From contig NC_135826.1 of NCBI RefSeq assembly GCF_964213995.1, positions 37,076,001 to 37,140,000 of the forward strand: 64,000 nucleotides of DNA, read 5' to 3'. The number at the start of each line of letters is the position of its first letter. The first letter of the stretch is position 1. The DNA is from Mustelus asterias. Its lineage: Eukaryota. The position numbers and the translations under genes were made by a program. Below are positions 24,016 to 36,038 of this stretch, piece after piece. A model generated the notes under the pieces. That model was given only the letters and a program-made list of their open reading frames with translations, searched no databases and was not told where the DNA came from.

Positions 24016-24311
24016 TGTGGTGAACCATTGTTGGTTACCACCAGGAGTGCTGAGCCATGGTTGGCCAGCACTATGGGTTTGTAGATATGTTACTGTTGGG
24101 GTTAGGGTTGGGCTGTTCTACCTGTTAATATTGTCCTATGGTACACTCCAGTTGGCTCCGCCTTCCTGGAGATGTATAAAGGCCACTGCTCTGTCTGGTG
24201 ACCCTTTAGTCTGGGATTGTATATTGTATATAGTAGCTCCGTTATTGTTGGTAATAAAAGCCTTTATTTCCCGGGTACAATCTAGCCTCCCGTGTGATTT
24301 ATCGCGCATCA
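24016..24311 (+). mobile_element. Solo LTR (296 bp)
   Basis: TG..CA ends, GTATAAA TATA-like box, AATAAA, 5-bp TSD ATCTC. Confidence 0.85.
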
Positions 24312-25447
24312 ATCTCTATGCCATTTTATCCTTTAATCTTCCAGACCCGATGCCTCTGAATGGCCCAGTCCCAAGCAGCGACATGTAACAACAACCACTT
24401 ATATTCATATAGCTCCTCTAATGTCATAAAATGACCCAAGACACTTCACCTGAACACTCTGAAACAAAAAGAAGACACCAAGTCACATAAGGAGATAATA
24501 AGTAGGTCAGATGAGCAAAATTAGGCAGAGGAGGTCATTTTAACGAGTGTCTTCAAGGAGGAAAGTGAGCTAGGGAGATGGAGAGGGGATTTCCCAGAGC
24601 TTGGGCCTGAGACATCTGAAGGAGCAGTCACCAATGGTGCTGTGATTAAAATCTGGAATGCACAAGAGGCCGGAATTAGAGGAGCGCAGAGATCTCGGGA
24701 GGGGTTTGAACTAGAGGAGGTTACACAGAGAGTGAGGGCCGAGGCTGTGGAGAGATTTGAAAGAACAGGTTTTAAAATCCTTTTTAATTTTTAAAATCAA
24801 AGTGTTGCTGAACCAATGTGGTTTGGCGAACACTGGGGTGATGAGTGAACGGGGGACTTGGTGCAAGTTAAGAAGTGAGCAGCAGAGTTTGACCTCAATT
24901 TAACGGAGGGTAGAATGTGGGAGAGCAGCCAGGATTGCACTGGAATAGGCAAGTCTAAAGGTAACAAATGTATGCAGGAGGGTTTCAGCAGCAGATCATT
25001 TAAGATTTCATTTTTGGGATGTGGGTGTCACTGGCTGGCCAGCATTTATTGTCCATCCCTAATTGCCATTGAGAAGGTGATGGTGAGCTGCCTTCTTAAC
25101 CTCTGTAGTCCATGTGGTGTAGGTGCACCCACAGTGCTGTTAGGGAGGGAGTTCCAGGAGTTTGACCCTGGGACAGTGAGGAAACGGCGATATACTTCCA
25201 AGTCAGGATGGTGAGTGACTTGGAGGGGAACTTCCAGGCGCTGGTGTTCCAATGTGTCCGCTGTCCTTGTCCTTCTAGATGGAAGTGGCCGTAGGTTTGG
25301 AAGGGTTCACTGGTGCCTGTGGGGTGAGAGGGTGGGGCATGGGGAAGGGGGTTTTGGGAGGGGGTGGAGGTGTTGGAAGGGGGTGAGGGTGAAGGGCGAG
25401 CTGGAGGGAAGCGTGACAAATCCGGTTCTCTGCTTCTTTTCCTACAG

Positions 25448-25585
25448 ACAGCATGAAGGGAACGTGCTGGCTGAACATTCAGGATGGACGCTGTGAGGTC
25501 AACATCAATGGAGCTACACTGAAATCCGAGTGCTGTGCCACCCTGGGAGCGGCCTGGGGAAGTCCCTGCGAACACTGCGAGCTGG
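25448..25585 (+). CDS. FBN3: Fibrillin exon, hybrid domain 2 (first part)
   Basis: tacag|..|gtact; [46 protein letters not shown]; 138 nt. Confidence 0.94.
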
Positions 25586-26551
25586 GTACTCACCTTGTCT
25601 GTGGGGTTTAGTGTGCGTGGGGCGGGGGGGGTGGCGGTGTTGGCAGCGGTGCTGTTGCTTTCACAAAGCTGGGACTGTTATATAACATTGACATTATACG
25701 GCACACACAGTAACCGGACCCCAGCGGAGTCTATTTGACAGTCCAGCCACCGAGTGCTTGTTCCTCCCCAATACATTTGTTTGAAACTATTAAGGAAGTG
25801 CTAGATTACATACTCGCTCAATACTTGGGATTTCGGCACTTGAATCAGCTTGTAATCGGCCAGTAGGAAAATGTCTGGAGGTGTGACGGCTGGGTGCGGT
25901 TTTCTCTTTATTGGAGCGTGAGGATGTAGGAGAGACACCGGTCCCAAATGTTTGACATGCCAGTGAGCAGCTATATTGATTGATGATCATTGTGCCTTGT
26001 TTGAGTAGGTGGGCAAGGGAGCCAGCAGAATTGGAGATGGATTCAAGGCAGCGACCATTTGCTGTCCGATAAGCGAAAGTTGATGTTGCAGGAAGCAATG
26101 CACTTAGCTCCAAGAACCTTGATCCTAATAGCCTACACAATATAGGCTGAATGAATAGAAAATGCTGAGATGTGTACATTTCAGCAGAAGATCCCGTTGC
26201 CAGATGTGCAATTTTATTAATGATTATCCACGTGTTTGAGTGGACTAAATCTTCATACTCACCCCAGGCAGAATTAAGTTATAGTAGCTGGATTAACATA
26301 TTTAAATGAGGCACAATTATCCTCCTTATGGCCTCTTTTGTAGCATAAATAATGCACCATTCAAATTTCTCCAAAGATGTGACTTTTCTGCCTTGTTCCA
26401 GACGTTACCTCACTCCAGTTTGCACTGGGACAGGCGCCTCCACAGAATATTTCTGCACAATGTGTTGTTCCGTCAGCGTTCCATTCGAATAAATGGATTT
26501 CACCACTTGAAATGAAACCCCAGAATTATTCAGTCATTGAATCTAATGGAT

Positions 26552-26764
26552 CAGTAAGTAGTCTCACAACACCAGGTTAAAGTCCAACAGGTTTATCTGG
26601 TAGTACCAGCTTTTGGAGCACTGTCCCTTCATCAGGTGAGAGACTCACCTGATGAAGGAGCAGCGCTCTGAAAGCTGGTACTACCAGATAAACCTGTTGG
26701 ACTTTAACCTGGTGTTGTGAGACTACTTACTGTGCTTACCCCAGTCCAACATCGGCAACTCCAC
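26552..26764. mobile_element. PLE family A fold-back element with hammerhead-like cores on both strands
   Basis: 89-bp arms at 26552-26640 and 26644-26732; TSD CTAATGGATCAG at 26543-26554 and 26765-26776. Confidence 0.8.
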
Positions 26765-26913
26765 CTAATGGATCAGGCTTGATGTTTTGCAGGGTCTGTC
26801 GCAGGCATGTTGGGGGAGTAGGGGGGTGGCCTGGTGGTGGGGTGTCGGGGGGGTGGTGAAGAACAACAGTCGAGAGCTGGATTTGTCAAACACTCTTTGT
26901 ATTTCTTCTGCAG

Positions 26914-26964
26914 ATCCGACCTGTCCCAGAGGCTACGCCAGGGTGAAGGGTGTTACCTGCGAAG
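26914..26964 (+). CDS. FBN3: Fibrillin small exon, hybrid domain 2 (second part)
   Basis: tgcag|..|gtcag; DPTCPRGYARVKGVTCE; 51 nt. Confidence 0.92.
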
Positions 26965-27227
26965 GTCAGCTCAAATATGTTCCATCGTTCCAACTGCAAC
27001 AAGGGTTAAAATCACCCAGAACTGACTCAAGCTATGACATAAACAGACAATGGGTAGATTTGTGCTATAGTGTGTGCAGGTGATAGTGAATCTCTATTCT
27101 TATTTCCATTGGCTTCAGGATCTACCTCTGTGTGTGCACAGATTCCAAACAATTATTGACATTAGCTGATAAGAGCCAACAGGTGAGGGAAGGTGCTACC
27201 TTTATTATGAAGCTAATGTAGTTACTG

Positions 27228-27520
27228 GGTGGCACAGTGGCACCGTGATTAGCAGTGCTGCGCCAGGGACCTGGGTTTGATTCCCAGCTTGGATCACTGT
27301 GCAGAATCGGCACGTTCTCCCCATGTCTGCGTGGTTTTCCTCTAGGTACTCTGGTTTCCTCCCACAGTCCGAAAGACGTGCTGGTTAGGTGCATTGGCCA
27401 TGCTAACTCCTCCTTCAGTGTATCCAAGCAGTGCCAGAGTGGGGATTTTCACAGTAACTTCATTGCAGTGTTAATGTAAGCCTACTTGTGACACTAATAA
27501 ATAAACTTTAAACTTTTAAA
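27228..27520 (+). mobile_element. V-SINE with an alternative 3' tail; second copy at about 51976-52285
   Basis: HE1-like head and core, but tail GGGGATTTTCACAGTAACTTCA.TGCAGTGTTAATGTAA..AATAAA. Confidence 0.75.
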
Positions 27521-27789
27521 CTTAGTTTGGGAGGTGTTTAGTGATCTTGTAGAGATCTATCAGATTATTGAGGGTGCATAGAAAGTTAACCCAGGGCTTT
27601 AAGTCAAACAGTGGGAGTAGAACTTGGGACAAAAGTTCAACCACATTAGTGGCAGATTTAGGGCAGATGTCAACAAAAGCTTTGCATCAGTGATTCAATT
27701 GGTATAAATATAGGTGACATCAGACCTGATGCCCATTCTCGTCAAAGGTGACCAAAGATATTTTTGCTACCTTCTTTAAAGATGTAACA

Positions 27790-29030
27790 AGTTGTAACTA
27801 GTAGAATTGACAAAGGAGAGCCAGTCGATGTGGTATATTTGGACTTTCAGAAAGTGTTTGGCAAAGTCCCACATAAGAGATTATCGTGCAAGATTAAAGC
27901 GCATGATATTAGGGGAAGTGTATTGAGATGGATAGAAAACTGGTTGGCAGAGATGAAACAAAGAATAGGAATTCATGGGTGCTTTTCAAATTGGCAGGCA
28001 GTAACTAGTGGGATGCCACAGGGATCGGTGCTGGGACCCCAGTTATTCACAATATATATTAATGATTTGGATGAAGGAACAAAATGTAACATCTCAAAGT
28101 TTGCAGATGATATCAAGTTGGGTGGGAGGGTGAGCTGTGACGAGGATGCAGAGATCCTTCAGAATGATCTGGACAGGTTGAGTGAGTGGGCTAATCAATG
28201 GCAGATGCAGTATAATTTGGATAAATGTGAGGTTATTCACTTTGGACGCAAAAACAAGAATGCAGGTTACTACCTGAATGGCTGTAAATTGGGAGAGGGG
28301 AATGTGCAGTGGCACCTGGGTGCCCTTGTGCACCAGTTACTGAAGGTAAGTATACAGGTGCAGCAGGTGGTAAAGAAGGCAAATGGTATGTTGGCCTTCA
28401 TTGCGAGAGGTTTCGAGTACAGGAGCAGGGATGTGTTGTTGCAATTATACAGGGCCTTGGTGAGGCCACACCTAGAGTATTGTGTGCAGTTTTGGTCTCC
28501 TTTTCTGAGGAAGGATGCTCTTACTCTCGAGGGAGTGCAGCAAGGGTTTACCAGGCTGATTCCAGGGATGGTGGGACTGATATATGAGGAGAGATTAACT
28601 AGGTTAGGATTGTTTTTGCTGGAGTTCAGATGAATGAGGGGGGATCTCATAAAGACTTATAAAATTCTAACAGGACTAGACATTGTAGATACAGGGAGGA
28701 TATTCCCAGTGTTGAGGGAATCCAGAACCAGGGGTCACAGTCTGAGGATTCAGGGTAGACCATTTAGGATGGAGGTGAGGAGACATTTCTTCACCCAAAG
28801 AGTGGTGAGCCTGTGGAATTCATTACCACAGGAAGTAGTTGATGCCAAAACATTGAATGTATTCAAGAAGAGGCTGAATATAGCACTTGGGGCGAATGGG
28901 ATCAAAGGTTATGGGGAAAAAGCAGGATTAGGCTATTGAATTGGATGATCAGCCATGATCGTGATGAATGGCGGAGCAGGCTCGAAGGGCCAAATGGCCT
29001 CCTCCTGCTCCTATCTTCTATGTTTCTATG
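27790..29030 (+). mobile_element. 5'-truncated CR1 LINE; RT frame broken by one TGA at 28631-28633
   Basis: ORFs 27830..28633 and 28634..28939 are in the same frame; PQGSVLGP, YINDLD, KFADD. Confidence 0.93.
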
Positions 29031-29401
29031 TTTTACCAAAAGAAACAAGACCATGGCTTTTTAACATTTGCATCAGGGCTAATCCGCAATTGTTCCAAAC
29101 CGTTACTGAACCAAGTTGCAACCCAAAGTTGTATCTAAATTGATTCTGTGAAGCCTTTTATCTTCCTATCAAACAGATGTTGGAACATGTCCAATTTTCC
29201 TAATTCAAGTGTTGGCCGCTGATATTGTTTCTGAGCTCAGAATTCTGTTAAACTTAAGATCTGATATTCAGATTCTCTCAGTCTTTTTATCATTGCTTGT
29301 TGGCACTCTAACTTTCTCTAAACATATCGATAACATTACCTTACTTTGCCTGTTTTCTGAATAGGGAACTGAATAGTTTGTGATGTCTCTTTTCCCACCA
29401 G

Positions 29402-29527
29402 ACGTGAACGAGTGTGATGTATTCCCCGGTGTTTGCACAAACGGACGTTGTGTGAACACTCAGGGTTCGTTCAAGTGTGACTGCCCTGAAGGACTGACTC
29501 TGGATGGGACTGGTAGAACCTGTGTGG
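29402..29527 (+). CDS. FBN3: Fibrillin exon, cbEGF10
   Basis: accag|..|gtgag; [42 protein letters not shown]; 126 nt. Confidence 0.95.
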
Positions 29528-30005
29528 GTGAGTACTGATCACTGAGGGCCCAGGGAGGAGGAGAAAATGTTTAATGCAGCCACCCCACTGAAGACAAAAG
29601 GCAAAAAAATAAATTGACACAATACAGTAGTTTAAGCTTTTTTTAATCAAAGCTTTGTGTTTGCCCTGAAAGGCAGAAGACCCACTGACTGAGTTCTTTG
29701 CTGGAGTAACAGAGAGGGTTGATGAAGGTAGTGTAATAGATGTTGTACATTATGGACTGGATTCTCCGATCTTGTCCGTCCTGCCCCCACTGCCAGCAAG
29801 AATGGAGAATTTGGTGCTCAATCAGAACTCCATTCACTACAGCGGGACTGGAAAACCCCAGCTGCAGATGAGGTTGGAGGTTTCCGGTGATGGTCTTTCA
29901 AAATACATTTGATAAATTACCTCATAACTGACTCATCCTGTAAATAGAAGGATTGTGACAGCAAATGGACAATGGTAACTTGTCACATAAGGGACAGGAC
30001 ATGGA

Positions 30006-30131
30006 GGGCGGAATTTCCGGCCGCGCTTGCCCAAAAGCTAGAAAATCCCGCCCGGGGTCAACAGACCTTTGCATGGTCTGTGTCCCACCCACTACGATTC
30101 CCATGGCGGGTGGGATGGGAAAATTCCGCCC
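30006..30131. mobile_element. MITE, same superfamily as 18423
   Basis: TIR GGGCGGAATTT..AAATTCCGCCC; TSD GGA. Confidence 0.75.
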
Positions 30132-30149
30132 GGAGTGTATTGGTAATTG

Positions 30150-31310
30150 GACGATTTCCTAATTGGATTGAAGTGTGCAGTCAGTCCCCCCAGGGGTTGG
30201 CACAGTTTTGTGATTTGTAGATTACAGAAAATTTGGCAATAGAATAGATAGTGAGAATGATAGTAGTAGATTTCAGGAGATCAATACAAGTTGTGGAAAT
30301 GGGCAAACAAATGGCATTTGAAATGTAAAATGGATAAATATGAAAAGATGCACTTTGGAAGAAACAACATGGAGTGGCATCATGATCTGAACAGTGCTAT
30401 TTCCAATAGGGACCTTAGTGTGTCTGTTCACAAATCATTAATTATGGCAGGGCAAATTGATAAGGCAGTTAATAACGCAAGTGGATATCTACTCTGTAAA
30501 TAGGGGCATTAAACAAAGGAGTCATTCTAAACCTTTACAAATCACAGGTTTGGACTCGGTGGAGTATTGTATACAACCCTGGACATCACAGAATAAATTT
30601 TCACAGTGACTTCAGTGCAGTGTTAATCACATTTTTGGGGAGATGCAAAGACTTTGGAAAAAGTACAGCCAAGGTTTGCCAGCTTGATACCAGAGGGTCT
30701 TCAGTTAGTGAAGAGATTAGTGAAGCTAACAGCAGGGAAGCAACTGGGAGACTTAATAGAGACATTCAAAATTGGACATAGATAAAGCAAGTAGGGATAA
30801 ATTGTTTCCTCTGGGAAGTAGATTGATGTTGTTGTTAACATATCTTCACCTCCATACTATTTCTTTTACCGTTTGGGGAAATAGAGGTGAAAGGATTTCT
30901 GAGTTGATTATCAGCCTATTGAACCGCATTGAATGTTTGTTCTGTGGCCAACAAGGTCTGGCATTGGACTCAAATGCTGAGCTTCTGATTCAGAGATAGG
31001 GACGCTACCACAAGACCTCCTAGTGGGTCGATAACTCAGAGGTCATAGGTTTAAAGTAATTGTCAGAAAACTAGAGAGGAAATGTGGAGAAATTTCACAC
31101 CGCGAGTTGTCATGCTCCAAATGCACTGCCTGAAAGGGTGGGAGAAATAGATTCCATTGGAATTTTCAAAAGGCAGTTGAACAAGTACTTGAAGAGGACT
31201 AATTTGCAGGGTTGAGTGGGCAAAAGCTGTGTCTGGGACTAAACTAGGCAGCTGTCTTAAAGAACTGACACAGGCACAATGGGTTAAATGGCCTCTGCGT
31301 TGTGCTGCAA
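30150..31310 (+). mobile_element. Highly decayed CR1 fragment
   Basis: Remnant peptides WANKWH..MHFGRNN and a CR1-like 3' end. Confidence 0.6.
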
Positions 31311-31371
31311 TGTCCCATTGTCGGAAGACAGTCAGCTGGTGGCACCCATTCATTTTGCTGCAGGAAACATA

Positions 31372-31498
31372 GGGAGGAGTTTTCCTGTCCCGTCCGCCAC
31401 GGGAATCAGAGCAGGTGAGGGGCGGACCATGGAAAGGTCTGTTGACATTGGACGGGATTTTCCAGTTTTGGGGCGAGCACGGCAGGAAAATCCCACCC
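31372..31498. mobile_element. MITE
   Basis: Degenerate TIR GGG..TTTTCC / GGAAAA..CCC; TSD ATA. Confidence 0.7.
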
Positions 31499-32517
31499 AT
31501 AATGTTTGGTAATGACCAATGTCTGCGTTGAGTAAACATCACATTGCAGTCAGACACAGCAAACCCATTGAAAGTGGAAAATGGGTATTTCACATGGACT
31601 AATTTGATAACCTTGATGAAGTCAATTAAAGGATCATTATTCCAACTTGCAATTGGTACCTGATAGAACACCAAACAGAATAGGAAATGCCTTTTTTATG
31701 ACCTCAGTAGAGCCCAGTAACTTTTTTAAAAAGTAGATGAAATTCAAAATCCCAGTTATTTACTAACCAAATAAAGTCACAAGATTCCATGGTTTAAAGC
31801 AGAAGAATTTTTACGCTACAAGTATCAACAGAGCAAACACTAAATGTTATCTATCCTATCTATCTGGGGAAAATCAAATTAACAAGTAAAGTTCCTTCCA
31901 GGAACTAGTCTGATCCCCAGCTGACAGCAGCACAACAACCAACCCTAATTTTACTTGCATGCTCTTTACCACAAATCGCACATTTTTGCAGAATCTGCTC
32001 AGATTGGTCTGGATGCTGTAAATCTCCACTTCTATCTTCAAATAACTTACTCTCTTTGTTTATTCTTAGCTTCTGGATCTGGCCTATTTTTGAGTATTCT
32101 TCAGCTTGTCTTTTCTGCTCAAATGAATTTAACAACTGCTACTGCGCAGCTTGGACTGACCTGCGTCCTTTTGTATCTTTCAACAAGGTTTAGATTCCCC
32201 AACCTCAGCTTGTTTTTGGTTTCCTTAGAAACTGGAAAGTTCAGTTTTCTTTCTAGGTTTAACTTTTCTGCTTCCTTTTCAGTTTAATTTTCAGTTCAGT
32301 TTGCCTCAAAAACATACAAGTTAAATTTTATGGTGTAGATTCCCTCACACTTTTCATGGATATGAGGCTCTGATGAGCAGTTATCCCCTCAGGACAGAAG
32401 TTTAGCTGTAACACGGCTAACTGAAGTGACTGGATACTGAGTATTAAAACCCGGTGAGGAGTTCAGCTCCTTGTTATTGCTGATGTGTCTACTGCTAATT
32501 TACAGCCCCTCATGTAC

Positions 32518-32719
32518 CTTGGATAAAAGCAAATTACTGCGGATGCTGGAATCTGAAACCAAAAGAGAAAATGCTGGAAAATCTCAGCAGGTCTGGCAGC
32601 ATCTGTAAGGAGAGAAAAGAGCTGACGTTTCGAGTCCAGATGACCCAAAAGGGTCAGCTCTTTTCTCTCCTCACAGATACTGCCAGACCTGCTGAGATTT
32701 TCCAGCATTTTCTCTTTTG
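32518..32719. mobile_element. PLE family B fold-back element
   Basis: 67-bp arms at 32560-32626 and 32653-32719; TSD CCCTCATGTAC at 32507-32517 and 32720-32730. Confidence 0.8.
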
Positions 32720-32864
32720 CCCTCATGTACTTTACTGTCTGAGCTAAATATAAAGTGCTGTTAATATGGAAGGATTATTTGGTTGCTGTTAGTGTAGTAA
32801 CCCTGTGATGAGCCATTCTTGAGCCGTTCCTTGGGACTAATCTCATGCTGTCCATCTCCTCTAG

Positions 32865-33092
32865 ATGTTCGCCTGGAACACTGCTACCTGAAGTGGGAGG
32901 AGGACGAGTGTACAGAGCCAATGGCAGGCCGGTACCGCATTGACGCTTGCTGCTGTTCGATCGGCCATGCCTGGGGTGGGGACTGTGAGGAATGCCCACA
33001 GCCTGGCACGCGGGAATATGAGACCATTTGCCCCAGGGGACCAGGATTTGCCAACAGGGGTGATGTTTTGACAGGCAGACCATTCTACAAAG
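32865..33092 (+). CDS. FBN3: Fibrillin exon, TB3 (RGD at 33056-33064)
   Basis: tctag|..|gtaat; [76 protein letters not shown]; 228 nt. Confidence 0.95.
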
Positions 33093-33874
33093 GTAATGGC
33101 TCAATTAATCTATATATATCATGTGTTGGCATTTTCCTCGACACGCAATCCCTGCTGTCTTGATTTTGATTAATTTTTAATGTTAATATCTAACAGTGAA
33201 ACTGCCGATGTAAACAGTTATCTGTAACAGTGTAGTTTCTGGATCTGGCCTATAGATGGTGCTGTGAGGCAGTTTTACAGTTCTCTCTCCCAAGCCTGTA
33301 CCCATCATGTATAAGAAAATAAATTATATTCATCTACTGGCCGTGGGAGGAGGCTTTGTGACATTTCTTCCTCTACGCTAGAAACTCAGCTTCCAGTTCC
33401 ACCCCAGGACTTGACGAGCACTTATATGGCCAAACAAGATGGTTAATATCCTACAAATCCTTCCAACATATGCCAGGTGGTAAAAGTGGAACAGCTTCCT
33501 GGGCAGCTATGTGATGTAAAGAAAGTTGGAGATTAGCAGGGTAAATACGTGGGTTTACGGGGATAGGGCCTCAGTGAGATTGTTTTTGGTGCAGGATCGA
33601 TGGGCCGAATGACCTACTTCTGCAGGGTAGGGATTCTATGATTCATGGAGAAGTGAACTTTAACACTCCACAACCACCACTGACTGTTGGAAGTGCTGTG
33701 TGCAATTTACTTTTAATGTTTCAATAAATACAGAAAAATTACAAACTCTAGGGATACTTGATCCCATAAATCAAGTATTTATTGTTTGTGAGTTGAATTT
33801 TTATTGCCTGGATCACATGGACTGTTTATAGTGTTCTCAGCTTCATAGCTGTTCTCTGCCTCCAGTATTCAATA

Positions 33875-34183
33875 TCATAGAAACCCTACAGTGCAGAAGG
33901 AGGCCATTCGGCCCATCGAGTCTGCACCGACCACAATCCCACCCAGGCCCTACCCCCACATATTTACCTGCTAATCCCTCTAACCTATGCATCCCAGGAC
34001 TCTAAGGGGCAATTTTTTTTAACCTGGCCAATCAACCTAACCCGCACATCTTTGGACTGTGGGAGGAAACCCACGCAGACACGAGGAGAATGTGCAAACT
34101 CCACACAGACAGTGACCCGAGCCGGGAATCGAACCCGGGACCCTGGAGCTGTGAAGCAGCAGTGCTAACCACTGTGCTACCGT
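33875..34183 (-). mobile_element. HE1-type V-SINE (young)
   Basis: Near-identical to copies at 5347 and 59040. Confidence 0.85.
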
Positions 34184-34851
34184 ATCTTTCTCAATTTGAC
34201 ACGCTCCTGGCACACACTGTTCTCGAAGCAATGCTCCGTCCGGTACAATTGATCCACATTAAAGCCAACACATTTCACAGATGTTGTGGTGTTGGATGGA
34301 TCTTTGTGATTAAAGGTTTGATTAAGTATAGGGCCTTTTCACTAGTGTTTAGGATGCTGGGATATTCTCACTGCCATCGTGTTCTCCTCTTGCTTTCTCC
34401 GGCTCTCTACCAAGTGAAAACTGGACAGTGACATTTGCACCCAGAGTCAGGCGATTGTAAAGGGGGACAAAAGAGGGACATAAACCAAATAATTTGAGCA
34501 GGTAAAAGGAAGAATCAAACCCCTGAATGCCTCATTTGCAGATGCAGCAGGAGCCTGTTTTCATTGAATAGATGTCACTGTGAAGTTACAGATAACCGTG
34601 CTCCACATATGGGATTTACCTTGAACCCACAGATTGATGATTCAAAAACTCAGGGTGAACATAAATGATGGCACGGCAGAGTTTGTCTCAGTTGCAGTCA
34701 TTCCACTCCCTTCTCCCTTCCACTCCAAGAAGGGAGTGAAACCATCCCACCCACATGGCTTCTGATGAGAGGTCCAATTTGCCATTTCCAATAGTGACCA
34801 GGACAGTGAATGTAGGTTAATCACAATCAGTCCCAATGCTCCATTATGGGT

Positions 34852-35220
34852 GAACAAAGAACAAAGAACAGTACAGCACAGGAAACAGGCCCTTCGGCCC
34901 TCCAAGCCTGTGCCGCTCCATGGTCCAACTAGACCAATCATTTGTATCCCTCCATTCCCAGGCTGCTCATGTGACTATCCAGGTAAGTCTTAAACGATGT
35001 CAGCGTGCCTGCCTCCACCACCCTACTTGGCAGCGCATTCCAGGCCCCCACCACCCTCTGTGTAAAAAACGTCCCTCTGATATCTGAGTTATACCTCGCC
35101 CCTCTCACCTTGAGCCCGTGACCCCTCGTGATCGTCACCTCCGATCTGGGAAAAAGCTTCCCACTGTTCACCCTATCTATACCCTTCATAATCTTGTACA
35201 CCTCTATTAGATCTCCCCTC
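34852..35220 (-). mobile_element. CR1 3' fragment, same subfamily as 3179-4990
   Basis: ORF 34938..35201 closely matches the C-terminus of ORF 3259..4914; (GTTCTTT)n tail. Confidence 0.9.
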
Positions 35221-35454
35221 AGGTGTGCAGGTTAAGCATGGCCAGTTTCTCCCTTCCTTTCTTCCTGGGTATTGACACGGTTTTATGTACATTCAGTCTC
35301 CCGCTGCCTCTGTATGGATGCAGGTCAGAATCTGTATAGGCAACTCTCCATCTCTTGTTTTCGGGGTCGTTTCTGGATATTGTGGCTTTAGGTTGAAAAT
35401 ATCTGACCTGTGATTTTAACAATGTTCTTAATGACTGCACTAAATGTCTTTCAG

Positions 35455-35580
35455 ATATCAATGAATGTAAAGTCTTCTCCAGTCTGTGCACGTATGGAAC
35501 TTGCCGGAACACGATTGGCAGCTTTAAATGTCGCTGTGAGAGTGGCTTTGCCTTAAACATGGAGGAGAGGAATTGTACAG
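35455..35580 (+). CDS. FBN3: Fibrillin exon, cbEGF11
   Basis: ttcag|..|gtagg; [42 protein letters not shown]; 126 nt. Confidence 0.95.
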
Positions 35581-35882
35581 GTAGGACATCACTCGGAGAG
35601 ACAGGGTAATTATAATTCCTTATCTGAGACAGATATGGATAACATTCTCTCAACTCTCTCTCTGTCTTCTGTTTATCTGTCTTTTTCATTTGTATCTCTG
35701 TGTCTCATTCCTTCTCTCTTTCTATTTCTCCCTGACTCTGTCTAAACCTTCTCTCCATCTCGCTTTTTCTTTCCATCTGTCACATTCTGTTCGTCTTTTG
35801 TCTCTTGTTCTTTTTCTGTTCATCTCAGTCTATTTTTTTGTCTCTTTTCTCTCCTTCCCCCTCTCTCCCACTCGCCGACTGA

Positions 35883-36038
<156 letters not shown>

